Source of the DNA: Elusimicrobiota bacterium
Lineage (GTDB): Bacteria; CG03; SLGR01; JBDRKX01
Reading direction: 5' to 3'
Assembly (NCBI GenBank): GCA_043813605.1
Contig: JBDRKX010000047.1
Span: 77,164-141,163 of the forward strand
DNA: 64,000 nt
A model generated the notes under the pieces. The model did no database searches, was not told where the DNA came from, and was given only the letters and a program-made list of their open reading frames with translations. A program made the translations under genes and the position numbers. This document shows positions 62,601 through 64,000 of this stretch, in pieces; position 1 is the first letter of the stretch, and each line of letters starts with the position of its first letter.

Positions 62601-64000
62601 CCTCTATAACTCTTCTGTCCAATTCGGATAGCAGATTATCTTCTCCGGATTCCAGGTTCAGCACCTCTTCAAACGGCGGAATACCTTCAAGTCGGCCCGA
62701 AAGGATCTCGTAAGAACTGGCTATTTCTACCAGATAATAGGCTCTTTTACTCATCTCACTGGCTATCCTTGAGACATGACTTGACAAAACGCTTGCCTGA
62801 ATACGGCCCTGCCTGTATTCCTGGAAGAGCTGATCAGTAATATCCAGCATCTGTTTTATTTCCTTGTCCTTCTGCTCTACCATGCGTATAGATTCTATTA
62901 TCTTCTCCACCGCCTGTACCACTTCGGCCTTTATGTTGTATCCGGCCTGTTCTTTCATAATAGCGGTCTTTTCAAGTTCTATCCGGGCTATCTCCCTGTT
63001 AAGTCCCCCTTTGCCGCCTATTATCCTCCACTCAAGACTTATCGGGAGTTTATCATCCAGCCTTTCCATGAAAGCGTCCCATTCAACATTGAGATATACA
63101 TTAGGAAGAGCTGTTCTTAATATTTCCGCCTTGATCCTTGCTTTCTGCTGTCCTTCAAGCGCCTCGAACCTTTTCATTTCAAGCTGGTCTTCCATTACAG
63201 GGTCCTGGACAAATACGCTCTCAAGTTCACCTTTGATACTATCCGAGATGACCGCGGCTCCCGGGAGCGACTTCAAAGCCGGAACGACTTTTGATTCGCC
63301 GAGTAGTATATAAAGCTCCTGTATTACATTGACAAGTTCCATTTCGGCGTTACGGGCCTCTATCCTCAAGCCGTCCTCATGCAGTTTTGCATCTATCAGT
63401 TCATACGGCTCTTTAATACCGTAAATCGTATATTTCTTCAGCCGCTGGGCATCTACTTCAAGGAGAGTATCATAGATGACCTCTTTTGATTTTATCTCGA
63501 TATATTTACTGTACACCCTGGTCAGCCTTTCCTGTATATTCTGTCTTGTCTCAGTAAGGGTTATCTTTGATGCGTCTACCGCGAATTCCTGAGCCCTTAT
63601 ATCATACGGCGTAAGTGATACCGAACGGTCAAAGAAGTTCCATTGCACGCCGCCGACACCCAGCCGTACTGTATTATTTAAAACACCTCTGGCTTTCATA
63701 TATGCAAGTTTTGCTTCTTCTATCTCTGCTTTAAGCCTGGCGAGCTTGACGGGAGTGCTCTCCTCAGCCCTCTTTTTCGCATCTGCAAGACTGATAGGTT
63801 TTTCATTTAAAACAGCGGCTGACATCTCGGCGGCGGCAGATCCCGGTGTCAAGTCTGACGGATCCATGAATACACTAAGCGCTATTTCCGCTTTATAGAG
63901 CTCTCTTATCGCTTCAACCCACTGTTCCTGATAGCCCAGCCGGGCTTTTTCAAAGAAAGCCCTTTGCCTCTGTTCTTCAAGCGTCGGAGATCTATCGAGC
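38656..64000 (-). CDS. Giant multidomain membrane protein B, 5'-partial, >=8,447 aa
   Basis: ORF track 38656..63867 (8403 aa). The frame stays open upstream to the window edge (LDRSPTLEEQRQRAFFEKARLGYQEQWVEAIRELYKAEIALSVF-MDP), so the true start lies outside the window. Confidence 0.96.
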   Translation of the reverse strand, partial: LDRSPTLEEQRQRAFFEKARLGYQEQWVEAIRELYKAEIALSVFMDPSDLTPGSAAAEMSAAVLNEKPISLADAKKRAEESTPVKLARLKAEIEEAKLAYMKARGVLNNTVRLGVGGVQWNFFDRSVSLTPYDIRAQEFAVDASKITLTETRQNIQERLTRVYSKYIEIKSKEVIYDTLLEVDAQRLKKYTIYGIKEPYELIDAKLHEDGLRIEARNAEMELVNVIQELYILLGESKVVPALKSLPGAAVISDSIKGELESVFVQDPVMEDQLEMKRFEALEGQQKARIKAEILRTALPNVYLNVEWDAFMERLDDKLPISLEWRIIGGKGGLNREIARIELEKTAIMKEQAGYNIKAEVVQAVEKIIESIRMVEQKDKEIKQMLDITDQLFQEYRQGRIQASVLSSHVSRIASEMSKRAYYLVEIASSYEILSGRLEGIPPFEEVLNLESGEDNLLSELDRRVIEEKSIEPPKEWQDLMRLQKEKWDKIPLTDPVPLRSVSKIPAPAKKGEDIAVPFEHLPYDGPYYIKQNSDKFLNQTGIGATDDYELNRDDWARFFQDLQRSYMFDDPEIMEWFAKLAPVVFNELKDVTDPRALSNMYSLYIDPVFNRLFPYYQSLQFITDIGEVSDRNITKKIGIALFYALEIKDLKMVKKVAADGTITEVIENKYVPEPGRALTPEEQQKWLGERMDTDMKMIRTAVTERHNDAPISKEQQEEYIRWLASRSTTWNRLMLQSLPEGWAMDYRDNIHKSVNRILGAIPFIANELSDDKLVKFGNLQIEGMYRALTAYAMAYGLKPEHIDSYLSIIEPFIPVIRNFAADASVADLAQLPESEFLRLMIRWVYKGGHPLGDKAILVNQIEIESEKARCSVILATGMFWASQFLRDMEIDPRDTPEEKIAELKTAFEKFMGKVVRLKDIKEAQRVFRLQGRLSEKDSINWLDSEGQGFLSAIATDWLREDWTDEQVAAHLINIENTSQNNIKALETYFELIGRPMKFDFNTRDKLRSKKQWGEISGMVMTLERLNGKVKLTPEEITSTLGDLILIQRTASAAGIEIASGQDGYLYRMVNDLVPEQPLSDEFKRYYSGRSYREMLIEIVNNIAVAVERHEKAGVKLVKKLEEFKNNAASRPPWMDQSDAENMFAAVSGDPARGYDKGLVDRDVDIKEAVSRAVQYMPQMGYDAEALVSETYNEMFLQAVYSVYHKDSRGAPVLLQEGEISPYLKLIRDEARTPDEVARIFKYDGMIQKYMSSKLLPRMEQEIGVILGESLFEIETIGDYVKTPLRMLREVLKDGPAEFYKKMKERRALKETGVDRQALEAMMPRMSDEQRIGMASRILRLQELGKVSGSYEDVEKYLDNWINDAAFVQAVNWTESAGKYVFPLQVLDAAIFLFREGDPNLDEQRFKIIGRAGSIFNLDSAYRDLGDSKKNLLRLLRWSYSVSFEELLDPEEEKWWFEQWDELEFQLKAKYKDITKAEIEMVQQQLLTRYVVLRKVFFELVGEKLYKDDRRVDSPELRQAWSEMEAVLTGKLIDHVLNWKERKGEIAGYLERETAEYEVLDTFKERLSKERAERKEFNLKHLSEYKNMRDVRYSIAKKARQNGTALSDSDLSFLINMMIECGYSEEEVLLRYEYLPERIKAIYERATGGKVDTRDEESLVSSLAAPIFDRWGYVDSSTLKAIAEALQEKEGTTVKSVKAGREQDLTKLERSLETAEILKTFFKEAGRKYINTARRDSEARRIASDAQAAAVTIEDIREWVDISKTLKSKAAEMGADIGDKEIYFRADSLLRLGIAELYTEPIYNESMRGDIKKEVELLLTDYLFKTSPPAPSWAERVVPDFVKSMLPERVADLLGAKTGLKEYLDFQIKDLGVKGIDRRNQIVEEITEVMVKRGMKAADLKSLIEKVQQTQSFLRVFREEWDKIEKSDPNFIFRLSELNDFQLLLYYDMAQKDLSKRIGLFEILFKDVPGFDNISPEDMAVFENKVKAVVDKAYMMVQKVRIDQFAPLKAEPGWYKIFFGERSDSQKILDNIFEHEKADIPAVAGEEEEPSIWRRLLIGSGSIVERAALFSFIFSISMALYKIFVKRYLSEPLKKVLGSKVYRRLSPDKFSRVNLLTLDFLVNFFTSMFLTLILLTYNPFPEAISLIAVIPVMLLNWILVKFIPELNILQFLSQKTGIFLFGVWVVGFMLFKLGLAATLSFLAPVFSTPVFIAVAAIFIIYNVTTSKWFARRIGSTFANPIDKKIYKEIDDTGIMDINPTRSSKGRDYQKTLHLEDGKKAVLLSPWYPPPNSIDEFVKHFRDVINKMAVTIRGNKDAKFRHILLFNKPDITKLLMNDQKIFAHGNAKVKVRSLILEYAAKKPSFKRKLRLGLSDDEKIEIQELIEKMFRKDANIPAVLEESGLVDEKYHNEILNTIFQEREHSKDSGIDRAGYMELIHQVMTGTQPLLRKEIAENISVILRRQVKDEKMRGELNRELLDIKTSASEAEEIKALLEQRIPGKVSRRKIDKLTELIIDERSKIIDLIDEFSYTDEDGVYHDGSEVLQIWFTPAGKKPIITPSKVLRWFVWGEDGTEGRINGQIEYEHKVRTAVEAIAAGGISIDLAAELLNAELTDTDSILAANNITGDTADNIRRLVQETKRDIIDPALMRPVTVEIGGYKLRFGVPHLVRETLEDDEFAAIAPVHESPFFHGIFRPGRSNDPAEFYMPWEEYRDSEAGKEFEPVSPGDPTVEQWGICDDGNWLGPGMGMYMFNMISDKDGRNNSADIRLFQGKTGYTMDYKGFRSETLWHLQGSTVHTALWPLQAGGALASGATRLFGKYFGTTKKGSELYSFAPGIPLDLYTTRMGLFSGYIIKRIEKFARGKETLDGKEIVLTQGEVSGIMGSILATFPGEDEIHTNTDEDYYAIYSWVKEGMPDRKDAPINKDALPYVKEFLKQMQKSQRPAIRNLHSALIETPFGDNIIYDDRENTPVATQFKTFVKWLPVNDAASEWLVEHGKSLAQGVHGKFFSLKNKFAMLAETYLLTYQIMGFLFMSVCFGFIEVMLPGMGWTLGVIVLSALIHSKVTAPLLDRVRYKHKFFGIKVYNPFALFVLRLGSVPVEAAISIFRSFNMLAELFMSHPLQLPNVIEKPLAIVRVHLLTINDLIKKGVNAGAGGTNPMDDRNIPIWENLWAFRASHTVGAAMFLVYFGAIVFSGASTSFLGVPILVLLGSIYGAILSWPGIKEMKQKKNTLDDARIAFRMAREKYAKSDEKTAPPDFYNAKQKYGLAKREFWIRLVANLAPVSIMAGSGIFAGAIATIIPPSWFIIFSIISLSLLAKPYVAHLAGIQFGQEKWPQRFMRTINWLFGFVPVVITAIIHLPKIQPYLQEYLAPLNKAFVVMGSTMLTGDGVAGIFSTLFEIPVQYGFIPTFIFAGILVVFTAGFVTSIVHALWAVPRLIMNTGWFFKQDMEEYKVKEKKAEEPEVSEAPVPVQKRAFWKRILPFIAGITAFLFTYIHYAGTALAASAATRALYVIGIIRSQGSAWEVSREYLISKGIDNPTTRQMYEFISEAIQQDISFIVNPQIINQVKAAVAGPLDAVTGAIPGYADIFQQALDAAISVDPAVIGEPVFIDNITMFFQYLIHTNAIWDILLGLAAIVLGVTVYRIIRGYLKRIKEKKDLFEKQEEEISRPAGKLLKIAVMGSWNTDGGVSRHTTPLIEWLRSQGYEVKVFSHYREFPHGKPLNVKDEDFVTRCYTTEGKKIKGFKSFDSKPLLKAIEEEGYNIFLAEDLGQLPMDELLNIFPRIKAKAKTILLNHDNKPKPDGSTFWKFEWDGIANFLPEQNEFMAKHYSEEKIRLTNFPAYPVLEVDKVKARKNLNLPKNKKMILTFGEYNLVDPFKALYELRKEDPSTHSVALVYTEEEKQELENKIKKLGYDKGYDEIRVDGASSWRKRAEYIGASDLVILDKGKGIIGEGAILSSTAYQIIGWGTPILARDNRFFDPFDKGEIVKYKDNEELKDRIKELLTGHRAREDVIKQANVFAYLHAPERVSTQLTDLFTNLITPQYPSCEKLERIGPKPLFEAREDAAIIVDGKPVKWERLVYNAAAIKINGITYVLYRALGYDGISRIGLWWSKDGIHEDGRLDYPIFGPEKDYEMPKDPDARRASHREELLPSGYYKTILGDQEGRIEKYIEEYGLVREIGGTEDPRIEIIGDRIYLLYTAYGELPQIAMASISVGDFLVQNWKNWKREGLVFPGLDDKDAILIKTKEGLYLIHRMGGKNIWSMRFDDIKSLLNWVEKAKTLSEQEVKEFAEKNSKLLLAPRPGLDDKIGAGAQILKTRYGWLNIYHAVENIGGNRSYTLRVALHDLNDPGKIIYRSPEPILAPEKDYEVYGWVPNVVFTCGAVPKYKDSNEILDEDDDILVYYGGADEVMGVAGARIKDLIPEEIRRTLIPELEETVSAEPVIAGVNVKESIDKLLNRLSKDERERLEKLIARRPAASPELRDKIDSEIDALVDKANILRIADREIKGDDLSQGKVGLLGNFMRSRDYSKYTEKAVRALLNNGYIPQFLFAGAATRLGLGPMWDVDIQALANVVLGIESGLSRKTEEAIREKYDEYIDGLTEAEFKKRGLDRKSYDRIKSEITRELQEEMQGYRIGEPVSVGMGPRQIIQYRMALEALAAQHGMKPEEVISAANIVINLNEEAFTEAYDDLVKNLFYGFTPENVHILIQPVFNGYDEKLNFDGSSNKLPAGHGHATLQMTEAGQSFYRTESGSRLYLEEKSVMEHLAGLQGEIENPLMGVHRINDMARWTEVIDVDKIAYGLLQADRGNEIIVELVSNPGNQKGGNWVSVKMEDGTEKSFLLETLNTNPSNKKSEYKKFFDSLENPPYNKFSNMYNLAKWSGHIRGDGINVPMNLRYKNGRLYVETVSGDLTQTMDSVAFVNEGELIHDFKVFKNLPEAVKYASNQEVYLNKPEFMADAIKKVYRGRAEKERAEAIMREMEAAEEAVEEKYMTRLKGERRLIDIFEKGERSGYLAQGDLDNFGEIFKLYGSKFAGFIIERHMRAMNREAAKLNGFAYLWEGDESFIYLPAGIEDERAVEVFENMRKRVIDTFRGKYGVAVIDKDKLTPEELSKLEQVRQVGVVEKYGGEYLVLFLVRNGDLGGSLSELKEKTGVDLKLDRYNDGWLFYPEISIGSVKIEDLPESKQDLPARVFFEIAAEYSSRAEEEANRVKNTVVQKVIPADLEAHEPAITPEVINIITPVPTIPKRNASFEKLDDLLASGVKTTVIRLLPYYRGEGLDDKLRSQKRKSWNRLKAVNSKHGLLDGDKVVGRIFYEVEKELGFLGTRVSLYRGLPDEPVIIIVGEISDDEIIRRISSLIERINRGINVEVGFDALSIVADSGTSADLYENLNELKRSLNPGRNIIEPVISPKDDIRLFVYDPAKKDRLSDRNESIEKTRREEANRNLLVYREMERLRPVLGEIEVGEKDIESSINKLESSKWVKITGTKLVTQVEKLVKNRFPATAVTVKRNAEQLAQRGEILRELDIPVNVTNLTLNNSYYEDIGSLKTELKNKGFSIPDTNRLVRIFFETKKYLRRNPVKGIYTRVNFLDMVDKTVRLVQSVEKATGIPEKLQSELTRALLTETFINPSNVNITQKLIDDTTETESYLRTHQLKRIRNVAARIYPLKITGAIGKGASQESAATVPLLKLSRRQKSFVMEKIMQITGKAMDRGLLGDDRIYSITGLLEKYLREGKIVVFNEIVKGDEDYLFAFFTDDKIAIGAKFLDEMSLFSDYLDEVLFHEGFGAVYGESDYREHRAVYTGIQREVFDPANPLKSILRDYISKQVSKITLAYVPRNPNKPRDFDNMPRLTVSTKDGVRLAMVLDVVSGNFADVFEHPFDKNLVIKVIRKYVSDRPGQGYYQIKEEFEMLEKMHKAGLAPKPLEWGLFGDNQAYVVVEKVEGTTLDKLTFASINQDRLPAETLEMVRQLIRGLIDKGFAVDDLWKTSNIMIGSVAGGEVMAYILDAGEVTLTSDDRIIIKDMDLESFYKTRITNDFWEKVLRDINMRKKLLGTEPITEESLGRVSAVPVEDAHEKRVSELKESIQKSWRNRNGFYGMLGYSVDSPEVKERLDNLVKLAEDIIKKYKGKLNGYDIVSIYANGGYLWRPDLKPEDIDIVIVVKGNEPYQKWGELKEIGLLTEDLRRIKVGISFAGENTISESILETIISENSVLLSGKEIKTEASHRDFLNWASLLAKEAKEKIEQMKPDLEKAGKLLFQARFILYTLTQDAAFNPEKILEVKTAASLREIISGTNNKIQIELERLAEPAEAVEEIPELVDWTFDKHKINDIEILEGEAVKIVNVSNSGIVKAGRITESGEWQAYPDIVLDRQADGKYQAVLPEDADEFTFRWDTPEGWKWEDLSYRAGNNFRINKVSFREEILREDWGYYSKRIKKYLAKAGKFGWKTSAEKELVTYLDNAGIIINTEIRDVAIESLYPVLKAVAQFDKKDRKRLLKILQRNKFESTIADAIMFMYDIIPEGWFEKNAAELKGKTIYSLSSENTLIAGGLGYVLQVHEKFMMDLGANVVTVEPRYKMRMNKEGEPELIDYTKELLATELEEIYSYKITVGDIETPVRILRGKNKHGQEVLLIEEVVDPSIQEAMLFVTTGDKYAFETDKSGMVESGLIGLYKEAVRLQSEGKTELIREHVERHSEWFFSYFRHQIDRIPEGNPVRVDLEKIIELPDPLWDKYLQLMGFIKDLDRVRPRYTNMLFDHEYMAKQEIEIFPDDMATDLQIASKNLVKGNSYTFEEGRPAAPGLLGLYNDALRLFNEGKTDLLYHHASQDWFFNYVKHELEKLPDFNQVKNVLGFLSDLHTYDTIPGDNKVLAFNNIMYYLGVLQDIRAKYTNTIYAYRSFGNSSEEEFNAFFAKASRELLVREKAEFVYGNDAQSAAAIALLREEKDRAGSDLKDTHLAFTTHTFGNRQVQDVGKLEYAMNLIGLDKRYWSAFVRDNMMDMTSGAVRLADSVNTVSRKQKIVLERDSYDPNARYEAVTNGDELTRVQNKIKAIYKELRGKKLKDIADLEWKDARDIVGRAVEMLNDRMGFDLDPEQPISSYAGRNVDIKVSPFRAYTHNNIRKLAKERKQTVLFSRIQAYQASIDLANGYKDLQADILGIDPEFVNTIVDYYMEKEGAVTYSDILALLPESIDGVENRKRKYLDIAMEDYMPEKVLKDGEKRKDFDIRKFMDDLKTSSAVLSSLKSVSPVFMDRVIRRAARKGSIKTLAELVKLSTGNEKEARRLLEKNHGSAKEILKAVNDAVGFFAHKPGRSDYNGQLEFVGQFTDEEKQLMLIASSLVVLDSEDETGTCEYTEVNGSAAMSLILASPWVLKASDHKDIIGEGIIGEANIKGVNMVIPKDTNPDSYFETMNNTLERAVTDPEGFYASLANSAKIAQILHGLNTAGLGYLRTWNNNMKNERIAKEAAVRLVGGFLEEISGYEDKELYSLLKGVLDTGRNNTTTFGFNINPVAGGITDGWYEQALGGLRSFLEKKQHIEKYLWAGTIPQLKSGDYNRYIAELLGGINGSDKISEWLGFLYHSPDLGIYKKNEILNYFLQRLTDRLASLYDETDSRLLAASITLSTLEEHIKKTEIEKYITIDELKKKSAGLYTLNDFYDLVASGGIPGMTVAGNVDKKQYDDSRRREKYKEAMPGKTYGYSLGMRGLARKTGIYWSLTTMFGMKDFLRAEKELNIDTSTPEAFIRMLTDPERVPDEPIVYFVPDKSLYTFRTMVSSQEVIWALKNSDRLKNVYFIFGAYDTISEDYWKTAAPGDNVSGRNTEQGIRVINAFNKVFKSKIPAAVPEKLTGAAILEDLPAGQRNRFNEARTRILNIIDRVFIANNMEVPEEFGSIIDIKSVLENSSFVFEERPVQRAGVISVSQEDMRGFSVPELVQVLMQRALEINLADIEQPDLTTKAQDLIKYLSLMVDDKNLMKPGVAVGTVNTDISQGIESGLSIGLRPGLKKDQIDNMFRGDRNQIAGNLLNAFEYDSYSAREAAREELAGYLKTADKDHLKAMLKLLDGTARRSPVSVFISRILNGLIGFFNIPVNMLAQPTLQNRRLVVLLTHNDEFSAGRVLSHAGSNSIYMHINTLFNVTSYAEKTALRHILKHENGDLIRGSHAEDIPVKTFDNKVKPLWNKQLYFDNLKNALMEMNTGLNSIETGSKSYYLADEGRLVIDSMTVRRLTGLYEANPSMAIKAIKLHALFRMSEDENGKFSDDIFESKMATYGINKDEIAPYTLWFEAYSAGFLGDDTMLKWHVTDRLKGFRPETMEIVYEKVQKLNEQFFLGQKRVVDPTARGTSAPKEIKKPIKEKKERMERFVDLIRRLGNSVVGIPVTPTSLAMITTQGRLDKIAAYALGEQRDDSMLEVLKNMFVYVNNIISRKQESRLFENLNNIRSMVEAT
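39505..40090 (-). repeat. Protein repeat module A, copy 4 (gene B)
   Basis: DKNLMKPG...RRLVVLL...GRVLSH...LKHENGDLIRGSH. Confidence 0.85.
40580..41160 (-). repeat. Protein repeat module C, gene B copy
   Basis: LKKKSAGLYTLNDF...YGYSLGM...GIYWSLTTMFGMKDFLRAE...RLKNVYFIFGAYD. Confidence 0.85.
41620..44390 (-). other. Divergent alpha-glucan phosphorylase (GT35)-like domain (gene B)
   Basis: IYSLSSE...AGGLG...DLGANV; GNDAQ; FTTHT; MTSGAVRLADSVNTVSR; VTNG; SYAGRNVDIK. Confidence 0.7.
44745..44920 (-). other. Small starch/glycogen-binding-like beta domain (gene B)
   Basis: W...DGKYQAVLP...EFTFRW...WKWED...NNFRI directly before the phosphorylase-like domain. Confidence 0.4.
45150..45590 (-). other. 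Pol-beta-superfamily nucleotidyltransferase-like domain with helical C-terminal part (gene B)
   Basis: IVSIYANGGYLW...EDIDIVIVV (hG[GS]x9-13DhD). Confidence 0.6.
45955..46400 (-). other. Protein-kinase-like domain (gene B)
   Basis: SGNFADVFEHPFDKNLVIKVI...EEFEML...VVEKVEG...DDLWKTSNIMIG...ILDAG. Confidence 0.75.
46520..46980 (-). repeat. Protein repeat module B, copy 4 (gene B)
   Basis: GAIGKG...EDYLFAF...DEVLFHEGFGA...HRAVYTGIQR. Confidence 0.85.
47800..48960 (-). other. Two degenerate GGDEF-like domains (gene B)
   Basis: GDLDNFGEIFKLYG...WEGDESF; LKAVNSKHGLLDGDKVV...YRGLPDEP. Confidence 0.65.
49150..50380 (-). other. UDP-sugar pyrophosphorylase (UGPase/UAP-like) domain (gene B)
   Basis: FAGAATRLG, ILIQP, PAGHG, RINDM, QKGG motifs. 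Confidence 0.65.
50720..51840 (-). other. GH130-family glycoside phosphorylase/hydrolase, five-bladed propeller (gene B)
   Basis: VYNAAA...LYRALG...EDPRI...YTAYG...DKDAIL...KIGAG...WLNIYH...GWVPNVVFTCG...YYGGAD. Confidence 0.92.
51890..52975 (-). other. GT-B (GT4-like) glycosyltransferase domain (gene B)
   Basis: LKIAVMGSWNTDGGVSRHT...GYEVKVFS...ARKNLNLP...YIGASDLVIL...GTPILA. Confidence 0.8.
53700..57830 (-). other. Multi-pass membrane region with a degenerate OpgH/MdoH-like GT2 core (gene B)
   Basis: TM cluster 57320-57830; then AVLLSPWY, HILLFN, GKKP, GICDDGNWL, RLFQG, FGKY, FVKW in GT2 motif order; followed by many TM helices at 53700-54950. Confidence 0.4.
62690..64000 (-). other. TolC-like outer-membrane efflux protein domain (gene B)
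   Basis: ISLADAKKRAEE...two helical half-repeats with LPNVYLNV / ISLEWRI strands, YRQGRI and terminal YEILSG pattern. Confidence 0.6.

Noticed and set aside
25..63313. The many 60-276 aa plus-strand ORFs and short off-frame minus-strand ORFs in the track
   Set aside because: They are antisense or off-frame shadows of the two giant genes (one, 38150-38401, of the leader ORF), with Ser/Phe/Ile-rich non-protein-like composition and no motifs.
63865..63867. ATG at 63867 as the start of gene B
   Set aside because: The frame is open and protein-like to the window edge, and there is no SD or signal peptide at this Met.
1..64000. rRNA, tRNA, CRISPR arrays, transposases, inteins, alternative genetic code
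   Set aside because: None recognised; ~99% of the window is in two stop-free frames under the standard code, and no Hint/LAGLIDADG or DDE motifs were seen by eye.

Overview
The window is almost entirely two giant, co-oriented minus-strand genes separated by a ~700 bp intergenic region. Gene A starts at an ATG at 37949 and stays open past position 1 (>=12,649 codons); the ORF track does not list it because it has no stop in the window. Gene B ends at 38656 and is still open at 64000 (>=8,447 codons). Both are mosaics of recognisable enzyme domains: alpha-glucan enzymes (MalQ, debranching enzyme, phosphorylase-like), a PHA depolymerase/synthase-type hydrolase, GT4, GH130, a UGPase-like domain, kinases, a metallophosphatase, HD, LOG, GGDEF-like, PD-(D/E)xK nucleases, a CPBP protease, a phosphoglycosyl transferase and TolC. 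These are interleaved with uncharacterised modules that recur within and between the two proteins, several carrying zincin-like HE motifs and Gly-rich starts (GTxKNLMK, GAIGKG). Gene A also contains what looks like a complete outer-membrane beta-barrel with its own signal peptide and C-terminal beta-signal. Together these suggest proteolytically processed polyproteins that grow by in-frame gene capture; sharp GC shifts support the capture idea. Between the genes, a 183-aa membrane leader ORF has its stop codon at the loop of an intrinsic terminator just upstream of gene A, a candidate translation-coupled attenuator. The architecture resembles giant genes known from Omnitrophota/Elusimicrobiota-type bacteria (inference only). 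Domain calls come from hand translation and motif recognition, not database searches, and domain coordinates are approximate.
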